Below, one piece after another: positions 44,275 through 54,857 of a stretch of DNA of 64,000 nucleotides. The DNA comes from Carpediemonas membranifera BICM. Its lineage: Eukaryota > Protista > Fornicata. The notes beneath the pieces were generated by a model. The model was not told where the DNA came from. It saw nothing but the letters and a program-made list of their open reading frames with translations, and did not search any database. The DNA lies in assembly GCA_019828565.1 (NCBI GenBank), contig JAHDYR010000012.1, positions 1,545,780 to 1,609,779 of the forward strand. The letters are read 5' to 3'. A program made the translations under genes and the position numbers. Positions within the stretch are counted from its first letter, which is position 1. Each line of letters starts with the position of its first letter.

Positions 44275-47200
44275 ATGAAAAGACCTGAAGTCCTCCTTTT
44301 GGTCCTGATATCACTCTTGGCCGCCGTTATGGCGGCCGAAAGCTGTTCAAGCTTCTCTCCTCGCCATTGCACCTCTTCCAGAGGCTGCTCATGGTGTGCT
44401 TCTGAGAACCTGTGCTACCCGATGGGTGCCGACTGCCCAGTCTTGAGCGAGTGCGCCTCTTGCACGCTCGACGGCGACTACTACTGCACGACTGACACTG
44501 ACGCCTTCTGCACCTCTCGCATTGGCTGCGGTGCCCTCCACGCGGATGTCAAATCGTGCGACCTCCACGCTAACACGGCGACCTGCACCCAATGTCTCGA
44601 CATCCCCAACGCCGTCTGGTGCCCCGCCCCCGGCTCCTTCTGCTTCTCCAAGCTGGACAAGGCTGCTGCCCAGACCTGCAAGCAGCTGACCGACTCCACC
44701 ATCATCTCAGACCCGCCCGAGTGTGCCCGGGTCGCCACCACCTGCGACACCTGCCTCCAGGAAGAGGGCTTCTGGTGCGAGGGCCCTGATGCCTGCGTGC
44801 CAGGCTCTGACGCGGACCCCTGCGTCTCGTGCGAGGCCATGGGCGGCGAGTGCCACGACGACTGCCCCGCCGAGGTGAACTCCATGGAAGTTGGAATCAA
44901 CGACGAGGATCTCACAGACGATGATTTGCGTCTACGCGAGGACGACGACGACGACGACAGTCAGGACGACGACGACGACGACAGTCAGGACGACGACGAC
45001 GACGACAGTCAGGACGACGACGACGACGACAGTCAGGACGACGACGACGACGACAGTCAGGACGACGACGACGACGACAGTCAGGACGACGACGACGACG
45101 ACAGTCAGGACGACGACGACGACGACGACGATGACTGCGACGATGATGACTGCCCATGCGACGACGATGACTGCCCATGCGACGACGATGACTGCCCATG
45201 CGACGACGATGACTGCCCATGCGACGACGATGACTGCCCATGCGACGACGATGACTGCCCATGCGACGACGATGACTGCCCATGCGACGATGATGACTGC
45301 CCATGCGACGACGATGACTGCCCATGCGACGACGATGACTGCCCATGCGACGATGATGACTGCCCATGCGACGACGATGACTGCCCATGCGACGATGATG
45401 ACTGTCCTGAGCTCACCTGCTCCGAGTGCATCATCGAGGGCGACGTCTTCTGCATCTACGATGACGGGTCGACCGATTGCGTCCCAGAGGGCACGTGCAT
45501 CGGCCTCGCCATCGACGAAACCCTGGCCGCCTCATGCGACTGCATTGGCTGCGTGATCAACGACGGCGCCTTCTGCGACGACTCGTGCGAGGCCGATGCC
45601 AACCTCTGCTCCGTCCCCGAGGCCGCTGCCATCGTCGTCGAGCAGTGCATCCCGACTTGCGACGCTTGCCTGGCCAGCGGCAGCACGTGGTGCGCGACCA
45701 ACGTCGCCGGGCTGACCGGCACGTGCCTTCCCGACAGCGGCCTGGGCGAGCTAATCTGCACCAGCGTGCTCTCTGGTGTCCCCACCGACAGCTGCATCGC
45801 CACATGCGGCGAGTGTGTCTTTGAGGAAGAGGTCTGGTGTATTGGCGACACTTTCGAGGCCTGCCTCCCTGACACTGAAGCCTGTGAGGCCGCCGGCGGC
45901 GAGTCCCTCGTGACCGAGGAGGACTGCCTGCTGAACGCGTTCATCTGCCAGCAGTGCGTCGAAGCCGGCCTCCTATGGTGCCCCGAGAACGAAGGCAACC
46001 CGTGTGCCGAAGAGTGCGACCCCGGCGCCAGCTACTACGCCGCCGACCTCGCCACGTGCGAATGCCTCGATTGCACCGACAACGGCAACCCCGACCCCGC
46101 CACCTTCTGCGCGGACGGCAACTGCGTCGCTGACCCCTTCATCTGCGCCAACCCCATCGCCGCCCCCGCCGTCCCCCAGATGTGCATGCCAGTGTGCGAG
46201 CCCTGCCTCGAGACGGGCAACCGCATCTGCGTCTCCGAGACAATTGACCCCTACTGCGTGCCCCCGACCCCCGCCGGCGCCGTCCGCTGCTTCTCCCACG
46301 GCGGCATCCTTGTCAACGGCTGCAACTTCACGTGCAACGACTGCATTGACGCCGGCCGCACGTGGTGCTACAACGCCAACGGGCCCAGCTTCTGCTCAGA
46401 CGCCGACTGCAGCGACCTCCGCGACGGCGTGGCCATCGAGTCCAACGAGGAGTGCTACCTCCTCCAGTTCGACTCCTGCCTCGGCTGCACAGGCAAGGGT
46501 GGCGAGTGGTGCGAGGACCCCGACTTCTGCGGCATCGACACGTGCACGGAGGACCCCGTCCTCACACCGTGTGGCTGCTTCGACGAGTGCGACGAGGCCC
46601 TGGTCGAGTCTGGCCGCTGCACGTGGTGCGTCTTCCCGGACAGCTACGTCGACCCGACCCACAACCACTTTACCGCAAGCCCGTCTGACTGCATCGCCGA
46701 GGGCGGTTACGTCGCCGAGTCTTGCGGCTGTGGCTTGGAGTGCGAGGCCCAGGGCGGTATCTGCTGCGTCTCCTGCGAGGGCGAGGACATTTGCGTCGCC
46801 CCCGGTGACGCCGACCGCTGCATCAGCGACGGTATGATCCCCATTGCCGACCCGGACCTCTACTCAGCCATCCCCTGCATCAACTGTCTTTGTGAGCCAT
46901 TCGGCGACGACGACGATGACATTGATGACGATGAGGACGACTTCACACCTGACGCGGACGACTGCCCCGACGACGACGACGATCTTACGCACGTCTACTG
47001 CCCCGACGAGCTGACGTGCCGTCCGGGCGACGAGTGCCCGACCGAGACGACCGTGTCTACGATCAGCCAGTGCTTCAGCTGCGAGGAGTGCGTCATCCTC
47101 AGCGAGACCATGCCGGCCGCCTACTGCGCCTCCACCTTCGAGGAAGCCGGCTGCTACACTCGCCAGTTCCCGCCTGACGGCCCCTGCAACCACGTCTTCT

Positions 47201-48366
47201 GCCCCGACACCTGCGACACCTGTGTCTCTGAGGGCCACGTCTGGTGCCTCAACCCCGACTCCGACGAGGCGCTCTGCACCACAGAGGAGGGCTGCGTCAT
47301 CCTCAACGGCACCTCCATCGACACTGAAGAGGACTGCCACCCGCCATGCTGCGAGCAGTGCGCCGAGGGCGAGACGTGCGAGTGCGAGTGCGTCCCCATT
47401 TGCCCCTACGACCAGTGCGACGAGTGCATCGCCGACCCCCTCTGCTCCTGGTGCGGCGCCGAGGTCACCGGCGTCCCGGGCGTCTGTATCCCCGACACAC
47501 TCGCCGAGACGTGCAACGAGACGCTGTACACTGAGATCTGCCCCGCCACTGGCGTCATCTGCGACATCCAGGAGGACTGCCCCGCTTGCACCGAGGGCGG
47601 CTGTGAGTGGTGCGTGGCCGACTGCCTCTGCTCTGAGGAGGGCGCCTGCTCCATCCCGGGCACGGTCGTCACGGACCCCGCGGAGTGCGACCCCGAGATC
47701 GACCTCGACGCCGTCTGTGGCGGCCTCACTGAGCTCGAGATGCTCCGCGACGTCTTCTACCCATCCCTGAACGGCGACCAGTGGTCCGACGACAGCCTGT
47801 GGGGCGTCGGCGGGACTCCCTGCGCCTGGCATGGCGTCACCTGCAGCGGCGGCCACGTTATTGCCATCGAGCTGAGCGACAACAACCTCAGCGGCGCCAT
47901 TCCCCCGCAGATCGCGTGCCTCGAGTACCTCAAGACCCTCGACCTCTCCCACAACAGCATCGGCGGCATCATCCCGCCCGAGATGTCGACCATGAAGCAC
48001 CTCAAGTACCTCTTCCTCAACGACAACCAGCTCCGCGGCCCGCTGCCGTCGTTTGATCTCTGGACTGCCCTGCAGTACGCCTACTTCGAGGAGAACTGCC
48101 TCTGCGGCCCCATCCCGGATATGGGCACGATGGTGGCCCTCCGTGAGAGCCACTTCTCCAGCAACCGCCTCTCTGGCCCCTTCCCAGAGGACGTCCTGAC
48201 CCTCCTCCCCAACAACGCTGGACAGAATCCACTGTTTGAGATACGTAACGCCTGCAACTACGTCACCGAGCCCTATGCTGGCTTCTGGGACGTGCTGGCG
48301 GCCAAGCTGCTCGAGCTCGTCCTCGAGGAGGAGGACTGCACCTACTGCAGCGTCGAGACCCGATAA
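44275..48366 (+). CDS. Secreted Cys-rich protein: PSI-like CxxC..WC repeats, Asp-rich tandem repeats, C-terminal plant-type LRR
   Basis: Signal peptide, many CxxC-x5-WC units, LRR N-cap PCAWHGVTC, and LxxLxLxxNxLxGxIP repeats. Confidence 0.88.
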   Translation: MKRPEVLLLVLISLLAAVMAAESCSSFSPRHCTSSRGCSWCASENLCYPMGADCPVLSECASCTLDGDYYCTTDTDAFCTSRIGCGALHADVKSCDLHANTATCTQCLDIPNAVWCPAPGSFCFSKLDKAAAQTCKQLTDSTIISDPPECARVATTCDTCLQEEGFWCEGPDACVPGSDADPCVSCEAMGGECHDDCPAEVNSMEVGINDEDLTDDDLRLREDDDDDDSQDDDDDDSQDDDDDDSQDDDDDDSQDDDDDDSQDDDDDDSQDDDDDDSQDDDDDDDDDCDDDDCPCDDDDCPCDDDDCPCDDDDCPCDDDDCPCDDDDCPCDDDDCPCDDDDCPCDDDDCPCDDDDCPCDDDDCPCDDDDCPCDDDDCPELTCSECIIEGDVFCIYDDGSTDCVPEGTCIGLAIDETLAASCDCIGCVINDGAFCDDSCEADANLCSVPEAAAIVVEQCIPTCDACLASGSTWCATNVAGLTGTCLPDSGLGELICTSVLSGVPTDSCIATCGECVFEEEVWCIGDTFEACLPDTEACEAAGGESLVTEEDCLLNAFICQQCVEAGLLWCPENEGNPCAEECDPGASYYAADLATCECLDCTDNGNPDPATFCADGNCVADPFICANPIAAPAVPQMCMPVCEPCLETGNRICVSETIDPYCVPPTPAGAVRCFSHGGILVNGCNFTCNDCIDAGRTWCYNANGPSFCSDADCSDLRDGVAIESNEECYLLQFDSCLGCTGKGGEWCEDPDFCGIDTCTEDPVLTPCGCFDECDEALVESGRCTWCVFPDSYVDPTHNHFTASPSDCIAEGGYVAESCGCGLECEAQGGICCVSCEGEDICVAPGDADRCISDGMIPIADPDLYSAIPCINCLCEPFGDDDDDIDDDEDDFTPDADDCPDDDDDLTHVYCPDELTCRPGDECPTETTVSTISQCFSCEECVILSETMPAAYCASTFEEAGCYTRQFPPDGPCNHVFCPDTCDTCVSEGHVWCLNPDSDEALCTTEEGCVILNGTSIDTEEDCHPPCCEQCAEGETCECECVPICPYDQCDECIADPLCSWCGAEVTGVPGVCIPDTLAETCNETLYTEICPATGVICDIQEDCPACTEGGCEWCVADCLCSEEGACSIPGTVVTDPAECDPEIDLDAVCGGLTELEMLRDVFYPSLNGDQWSDDSLWGVGGTPCAWHGVTCSGGHVIAIELSDNNLSGAIPPQIACLEYLKTLDLSHNSIGGIIPPEMSTMKHLKYLFLNDNQLRGPLPSFDLWTALQYAYFEENCLCGPIPDMGTMVALRESHFSSNRLSGPFPEDVLTLLPNNAGQNPLFEIRNACNYVTEPYAGFWDVLAAKLLELVLEEEDCTYCSVETR
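44941..45408 (+). repeat. Coding minisatellites: 24-nt (SQDDDDDD) x7 and 21-nt (CPCDDDD) x~12
   Basis: Directly visible tandem repeats. Confidence 0.95.
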
Positions 48367-48745
48367 ATGAACTGTGATGTGTGTGCAGTGTTGCTTTCGC
48401 CCTGAACATACAACCATGTCGACCGGGCCGGGTCTGCCCGCCTCGCACAGAAGGACCGGCGTAATTCATGATCATCGGTATTTATCCCACTTGCCCCGGA
48501 GAGGCGGTTCTAGATCAGCTCTGGTCGCTGTAACGGGTAGGCTAGATCCCGGGTGACCATATGGAGGCGTGTCATGTCTGCGATGTTCTGACGCCGACTG
48601 GGCGGCACTCGAACGGGAGATGGCTCCGGTACAGGCCCCGACTGAGACAATGTCGACACAAGGCCATGGCATGCGTCCCTGGCCTTTCGATGCCACTCGC
48701 CACCTGGAAACAGTCCTCGTGCAGTTTTAGGAGCAGCCCAGAACG

Positions 48746-50248
48746 ATGGTCCCAAAGCCCTCGCTACGGCCTATTAGAGCGCTCAGGCACAATGGAATTC
48801 TGCCTATATTCTTTGCATACGTCTCCATCTCGCTGTTCTTCATGGCAGCGGCGCTCAACATCGTGTTCAGGCGATTCGTCGGTCGTCGCCTGGATATCAT
48901 CGTGTCGCTACATTTCGCCTTTTGGGTCTGCGTATTCCACACAATCTGCAACATTGCGCTTTTCATCATGACCGGAGGTAAGCGTCGTATGACGTATCGC
49001 ATTCTCATGTTCCGATTGATCCCCAAACGCAAGCTCTCTCGCTGGCTAGGCATCGCAGTTACCCTGAAGTTCCCCGTATGGCTCCGTGTGCCCGCGTACT
49101 GCATCTACACCATCTTCTACCGCTGCCGACTGCACGATATCCGGGATCCCCTGGACTCTTTCACGTGCATCGCCGACTTCTTCACCAGGAAGCTCCGGCC
49201 GGGTGCCCGCCGTGTACCCCCCTTCGGCTTTGTCTCCCCCGTGGACGGGACAGTTCTGACGTTCGGGCAGGTCTGCACAGACCGGATTGTCCAGAACCCG
49301 AACCCTCGCCGACCCGACGGGGGGCTGCGGGTCAAGGGCCTAGAATACAGCATCAGCGCATTCCTCGGCCTCACCCCGCCCAACCACAGAACAGAGCTCG
49401 TCAGCGCGGGCAAGCGGATGCTTCTCCGCGTGACCACCCTTGGGGGCAGGAGAGGCAGTGCCGGCAAGGGGACTGACCGGAAGCTGACGGACGAGCAGAT
49501 GAACGAGGCCCTGAACAACCTGCGGCAGCGGCCGGACAGCAGCCTCTACTACATCGTGCTGTATCTGAACCCCGGCGACTACCACCGCTTCCACAGCCCC
49601 GTGCCCTGGGTCGCCCGAACCCGCAAGCACTTCCCGGGCAACCTCTACCCAGTCGACCCACACTTCGTCCGCTATAAGAACGACCTGTACAGCGTCAACG
49701 AGCGTGTCGTACTCAGCGGGGCCTGGGAACACGGGTTCTTCGCATACGCAGCCGTCGCCGCATACAACGTTGGGTCGATCTTCCTAAACTGCGAGCCTGA
49801 CTTCCACACGAACGTCAAGGGCGAGACCCGGACCCGGAATGTGTACGAGGAGGTTGCCTACAGCCATGAGACATTCGAGGCACTCGCGGACGTTCTCAGG
49901 GAGGACGGGGACGATGTGCCTGACCCCAAGGACCACGCCGACCTCAACCACGCCGAAGACGGCGTCCTCTTTGACCGGGGGACAGAAATAGGCGGATTCC
50001 GTCTCGGTTCGACGATAGTGTGCATCTTCGAGGCCCCGCCGGACTTCAGCTTCCTCTGTCGGCCCAAGCAGAAGGTGCTGGTGGGCGACCTCCTCGGGTG
50101 GGCGACTGACGACATCCCGGACCTAGAGAAGGAGACGTGGGTCTCGGGGCTCGAGGACGTCCGCGACAGCGTAGGGCCGGGCGCCGTCCAGGAGTGGATT
50201 GACGACAGACTGGCGGAGATCAACGCGACGGAGGTAGTGTCGGAATAG
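48746..50248 (+). CDS. PSD: Phosphatidylserine decarboxylase proenzyme
   Basis: FFTRKLRPGAR, SPVDG, YHRFHSP, NERVVL, LGST autocleavage motif; N-terminal TM segments. Confidence 0.93.
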   Translation: MVPKPSLRPIRALRHNGILPIFFAYVSISLFFMAAALNIVFRRFVGRRLDIIVSLHFAFWVCVFHTICNIALFIMTGGKRRMTYRILMFRLIPKRKLSRWLGIAVTLKFPVWLRVPAYCIYTIFYRCRLHDIRDPLDSFTCIADFFTRKLRPGARRVPPFGFVSPVDGTVLTFGQVCTDRIVQNPNPRRPDGGLRVKGLEYSISAFLGLTPPNHRTELVSAGKRMLLRVTTLGGRRGSAGKGTDRKLTDEQMNEALNNLRQRPDSSLYYIVLYLNPGDYHRFHSPVPWVARTRKHFPGNLYPVDPHFVRYKNDLYSVNERVVLSGAWEHGFFAYAAVAAYNVGSIFLNCEPDFHTNVKGETRTRNVYEEVAYSHETFEALADVLREDGDDVPDPKDHADLNHAEDGVLFDRGTEIGGFRLGSTIVCIFEAPPDFSFLCRPKQKVLVGDLLGWATDDIPDLEKETWVSGLEDVRDSVGPGAVQEWIDDRLAEINATEVVSE

Positions 50249-50613
50249 AACCATAAATCGCTTGATTAACATTCATTCATGCCTTGTCCCTGCGGGTATG
50301 GTGCCGGAGACACATGTGCAGTTTTAGGTAAATGGTTGTAAGAGATTTTATAGAACACAAAATGCCTGTAGTGTGTCTTTTTAGCACATTATATACTTGT
50401 TCCGGTGATCGCAATGCCCAAGTCTTTCTCCAATGTTATCAATGCCGATCTTGACTCTGACAAGCGCTACACTGGTGGATGATCTTAAGATATATCGTTC
50501 TTGTGGGTGCTACTGATTTTATTTGCGCTCCTTACCCACAGATCCTGTGCTGATCTCAGTTTTGGCCATTTTTTGCACACCGGGTTTTTTTGCAACAGAA
50601 CTCGAAGAGAGCC

Positions 50614-53235
50614 ATGGCTGACCAGGTTTTCACTTTTGATGTCCCCACAGAGATTGACAAGACCGTCCTCGGCGGCAAGGGCTGCAGTTTGATGCAGATG
50701 TCCAACATCGGCCTTGATGTGCCCCCCTTCTTTGTCATCCCCTGCCAGACTTGCGTTCACTACATGGAGAACCAGTCCTGGCCCGCTGACTATGAGGCTA
50801 AGATCTGGGCTGCTCTCAAGAAGATCGAGGATGCCACTGGCCGCAAGTTCGGTGATTCCGCCAAGCCCCTTCTCCTCTCCGTCCGTTCCGGCGCCCGCGT
50901 TTCCATGCCCGGCATGATGGATACCGTCCTCAACCTCGGCCTCAACGACGAGTCCGTCGAGGGCCTCGCTAAGGACTCTGGCAACGAGCGCTTCGCTTGG
51001 GATGCCTACCGTCGCTTCATCCAGATGTACGGTGATGTCGTCCTCGGCGTCCCCCACAAGAACTTCGAGCACATCCTCGAGGGCCTCAAGAAGAAGTACT
51101 CTGCTGCCCAGGATACCGACCTCTCCGCCGAGCACCTCAAGGAGTGCGTCGCCGAGTACCGCGCCATGGTCAAGAAGACCATCAACGAGGAGTTCCCCAA
51201 GGACCCCAAGGACCAGCTCATCCGCGCTATCAACGCTGTCTTCGACTCCTGGACCAACGAGCGTGCCGTCTACTACCGCAACATGCACTCTATCGACCAC
51301 CGTTGGGGCACTGCCGTCAACGTCCAGTCCATGGTCTTCGGCAACCTCGGCCAGACCTCCGGCACCGGTGTTGGCTTCACCCGTGACCCTGCCACTGGCG
51401 AGAAGATGATCTACGGTGAGTTCCTCCCCAACGCCCAGGGTGAGGACGTCGTCGCTGGTATCCGTACCCCCATCAAGATCTCCGATATGGAGTCCGTTGG
51501 CGGTGTCTGGCCCGGCGTCTACAAGCAGCTTTGCGATAACTACGACAAGCTCGAGGCCTTCTACAAGGATATGGTCGATCTCGAGTTCACCGTCCAGGAC
51601 GGCAAGCTTTACATGCTTCAGGCCCGTGTCGGCAAGCGTACCGCTGCCGCTATGGTCCGTATCGCCGCTGAGATGGTCAAGGAGGGCATGATCACCGAGA
51701 AGGAGGCTCTCCTCCGCCAGGAGCCCAACAAGATCGGCGAGCTTCTCCACAAGACCTTCGACCCCAAGGCTGTCCGCAACGTCGTCGCCACTGGCCTCCC
51801 CGCCTCCCCCGGCGCTGGTGTTGGCCGCGTCGAGTTCACCGCCGCTGATGCCGAGGCCCGCTTCAACGCTGGCGAGCCCGCCATCCTCGTTCGTGCTGAG
51901 ACCTCCCCCGAGGATATCGTCGGCATGACCATGTCCCAGGGCATCCTCACCGCCCGCGGTGGCTGCTCTTCTCACGCCGCTGTTGTCGCTCGCGGCATGG
52001 GCAAGTGCTGCGTTGCCGGCTGCTCCGCCGTCGAGGTCGACGAGGAGGCCGAGCAGATGAAGATCAACGGCAAGGTGTTCAAGCGCGGTGACTGGCTCTC
52101 TCTTGATGGCTCCACCGGTGAGGTCATCGAGGGCCAGCTTGCTACCATTGCCCCCGTGTTCTCTGAGAACTTCAACCTCATCCTCCAGTGGGCTGACAAG
52201 TACCGCCAGCTCGACATCCGCACCAACGCTGACACCCCTGCTGATGCCAAGCAGGCTGTCGCCTTCGGTGCCCAGGGCATCGGCCTCACCCGTACCGAGC
52301 ACATGTTCTTCGAGCACGACCGCATCTACTCCATGAGGGAGATGATCGTCTCTGAGACCGCCGAGCAGCGCAAGGCCGCCCTTGCCAAGCTCCTCCCCTT
52401 CCAGCGTGACGACTTCATCGGCATGTTCAAGGCTCTCGAGGGCCGCCCCGCTAACATCCGTCTGCTCGACCCCCCGCTCCACGAGTTCGTCTCCCAGGAG
52501 ATGGACTTCGCCCCCCTCATCAAGGCCACCGGCAAGTCCGAGGAGGAGCTCCGCGCCTTCGTCGACTCCCTCGCTGAGGCCAACCCTATGCTTGGCTTCC
52601 GTGGCTGCCGTCTCGGCATGGTCTACCCCGAGATCTCTCGCATGCAGGCCCGCGCCATCATGGAGGCCGCCGCTGAGGTCCAGGCGACTGGCCTCGAGGT
52701 CCACCCCGAGATCATGATCCCCGTCCTCAACCACGTTAACGAGATGGAGGCCATGCGCAAGCTCGTCGCTGACGAGTGCGAGAAGGTCCTCGCCGAGAAG
52801 AACATCAAGGTCGACTACCACATCGGCACCATGATCGAGCTTCCCCGCGCTTGCATCACCGCTGACAAGATTGCTGAGCACGCCGAGTACTTCTCGTTCG
52901 GTACCAACGATCTGACCCAGACCACCACCGGTATCTCTCGTGATGACTACAACAAGTTCATGCCCGTCTACCTCGACAAGTCTGTCTACCCCTTCGACTT
53001 CTTCCAGCGCATCGACACTGAGGGTGTCGGCGAGCTCATGAAGATGGCCGTCCAGAAGGGCCGCACCACCCGCCCCGGCATGAAGATCGGTATCTGCGGC
53101 GAGCAGACCGGCCAGGAGTCTGTCTTCTTCTGCCAGCAGATCGGCCTGACCTACATCTCATGCTCTCCCTTCCGTGTGCCCGGTGCCCGCGTCTCTGCTG
53201 CCCAGGCTGCTCTCCTCTACCCCCGTGAGCAGTAA
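50614..53235 (+). CDS. ppdK: Pyruvate phosphate dikinase
   Basis: LGGKG, LLLSVRSGARVSMPGMMDT, GGCSSHAAVVARG (phospho-His), GTMIELPRA, SFGTNDLTQ, GICGE. Confidence 0.99.
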   Translation: MADQVFTFDVPTEIDKTVLGGKGCSLMQMSNIGLDVPPFFVIPCQTCVHYMENQSWPADYEAKIWAALKKIEDATGRKFGDSAKPLLLSVRSGARVSMPGMMDTVLNLGLNDESVEGLAKDSGNERFAWDAYRRFIQMYGDVVLGVPHKNFEHILEGLKKKYSAAQDTDLSAEHLKECVAEYRAMVKKTINEEFPKDPKDQLIRAINAVFDSWTNERAVYYRNMHSIDHRWGTAVNVQSMVFGNLGQTSGTGVGFTRDPATGEKMIYGEFLPNAQGEDVVAGIRTPIKISDMESVGGVWPGVYKQLCDNYDKLEAFYKDMVDLEFTVQDGKLYMLQARVGKRTAAAMVRIAAEMVKEGMITEKEALLRQEPNKIGELLHKTFDPKAVRNVVATGLPASPGAGVGRVEFTAADAEARFNAGEPAILVRAETSPEDIVGMTMSQGILTARGGCSSHAAVVARGMGKCCVAGCSAVEVDEEAEQMKINGKVFKRGDWLSLDGSTGEVIEGQLATIAPVFSENFNLILQWADKYRQLDIRTNADTPADAKQAVAFGAQGIGLTRTEHMFFEHDRIYSMREMIVSETAEQRKAALAKLLPFQRDDFIGMFKALEGRPANIRLLDPPLHEFVSQEMDFAPLIKATGKSEEELRAFVDSLAEANPMLGFRGCRLGMVYPEISRMQARAIMEAAAEVQATGLEVHPEIMIPVLNHVNEMEAMRKLVADECEKVLAEKNIKVDYHIGTMIELPRACITADKIAEHAEYFSFGTNDLTQTTTGISRDDYNKFMPVYLDKSVYPFDFFQRIDTEGVGELMKMAVQKGRTTRPGMKIGICGEQTGQESVFFCQQIGLTYISCSPFRVPGARVSAAQAALLYPREQ

Positions 53236-53420
53236 GTAAAGTTGTCTGTTGATCCCGTACTATGTGTGCTCTTTTCCAATGAATGACGGCAGTCTCTGTT
53301 TCTATCCTGTCGTCTATCAGCATGCTGTTAGACAGTCAGCGGGCACCGCACTTCTGCAATTCAACCGTAATATATATGCTGATTTAAAATTCATCAGCAA
53401 AGTTATATGATATACTCACC

Positions 53421-53504
53421 GGAATCGGTACGATAATGATTTTGATAGGAAGCTTTGGAGATATCGCTATGGCGACCTCTCAAAATCATTATCATACCGA
53501 TTCC
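53421..53504. repeat. Inverted repeat with ~25-bp arms (MITE-like)
   Basis: GGAATCGGTACGATAATGATTTTGA / TCAAAATCATTATCATACCGATTCC match at 24 of 25 positions. Confidence 0.85.
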
Positions 53505-53573
53505 CTCGAGTCAATCTTGAGATACGTTTGCTATGTCTTGTCTCGTGCTGTGATCACTGACTCTGAGCACTTG

Positions 53574-53890
53574 TCAAAGCCATCGGGATCGTGACGATGA
53601 ACGTTGTCGGGGTGGCGTTGGCCTCGACCTCCACGCGCGCGCTACGCTCATGGTCGTCATGAACGATGAGCTCAGGCGGGTCCGGGTGTGGGTCGCCTTG
53701 ATCGATGCCTTATCCATGTTGAAGATTAGGCGAGGCGAATAATTCTCCGGCAGAATCTCGGAGTCCACCAGGTCGGCCCAGGCAGTTGCCTTACCCCGAG
53801 TCATCTTCGTCAGCTTGCCCTTGTCATACACGATGGCCGTCTGGACCTGGAAGCCAGTGCCCTTGAGCATCTCGCTGAGCTGATCTCGGG
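53574..53890 (-). pseudogene. Pogo/Tc1-mariner-like DDE transposase fragment
   Basis: YSPRLIFNMDKAS resembles the Y.P..I.N.DET motif around the first catalytic Asp. Confidence 0.45.
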
Positions 53891-54857
53891 TGGGTCTGTG
53901 AGTCCCGTCAAAGCTCCCTCATATGTCGTGGTCGCAGTTCACGTACTGCTGCCGCCGCAGCTTTTCGCTCAAGAGGGCCCAGCCGGCAACCGACCTGGAG
54001 AGGCTTCTTCCAGGTGCGGCAGGAGGTGTTCACGGTTCTTATCCTGCCAGCACGACGACTCACCCCGGGAAGAGCGTCCGTGGCAGCCACGACAGACACA
54101 GTCGACTGCACGCGAGACATGGCGTGATCCACGCAGCAGCCGCTCCTGCTGCCCGAACTCGCTCCCCCATGCCGCTTGAGTCGTTGGAGGCGATCGCAGA
54201 CGAGTTGATGACGATGACCGGGTACTCCAAGTCCCAGAGCGGGGCCACGGTGCGGCCATGCGGCATGCGCTCCTTGGGGCATGGCCGGAAAAGATCAACG
54301 CTATCGTGGACGCGATCCCAGCGCCGGGAGAATTACAAGTGGCGGTGTGGCAATCCAAAACGCAGAGTTGGAATAACATCACGCTCGCGGCGGCCGACGG
54401 CCGTTCTGGGAGGTGCCGCAGCCATCTATTGAGCGTCTGGGTGGGGTTGTCTCGTCAGGGTGGCGAGGTGCGGGAAGTCTCGGGTTCGAGCATCTGGGTC
54501 AGGTCGAGTGGGAAGACCCACGCCCGGATGAAGGCCAGGAAGTGCCTTGGGGGCGACCCTGCAGATCAGCCTTACCTTACAACGGGTATGACGCCGCTTA
54601 GTGATCGTCACCTTGCACCATACTCTCCGCTACATACATAAACATTCTTGTCGCCATTGGTTTGTCATTGGCCTCGCTACCTGGTTTATTGTATCAACGG
54701 CCCATTCGCTCTTCCGCTTCTATTCTTGAGGCAAAAGACGATCAATGACCCCTGACCATAGCGTGGTGACCCTTCAACGAGGATCGGTAAAGTGCACCGC
54801 ATTCGGTGTCGAGGACGTGAAGCTCAAGATCCCCTCATGCCCATCCATCTCCGCGGA

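Noticed and set aside
44941-45408. CRISPR-like array
   Set aside because: No unique spacers; it is an in-frame coding minisatellite in a eukaryotic gene.
50485-52881. Long antisense ORFs over PPDK, the epimerase (40356-41291) and the Cys-rich gene (46864-48417)
   Set aside because: Shadow frames caused by strong C/G third-position codon bias.
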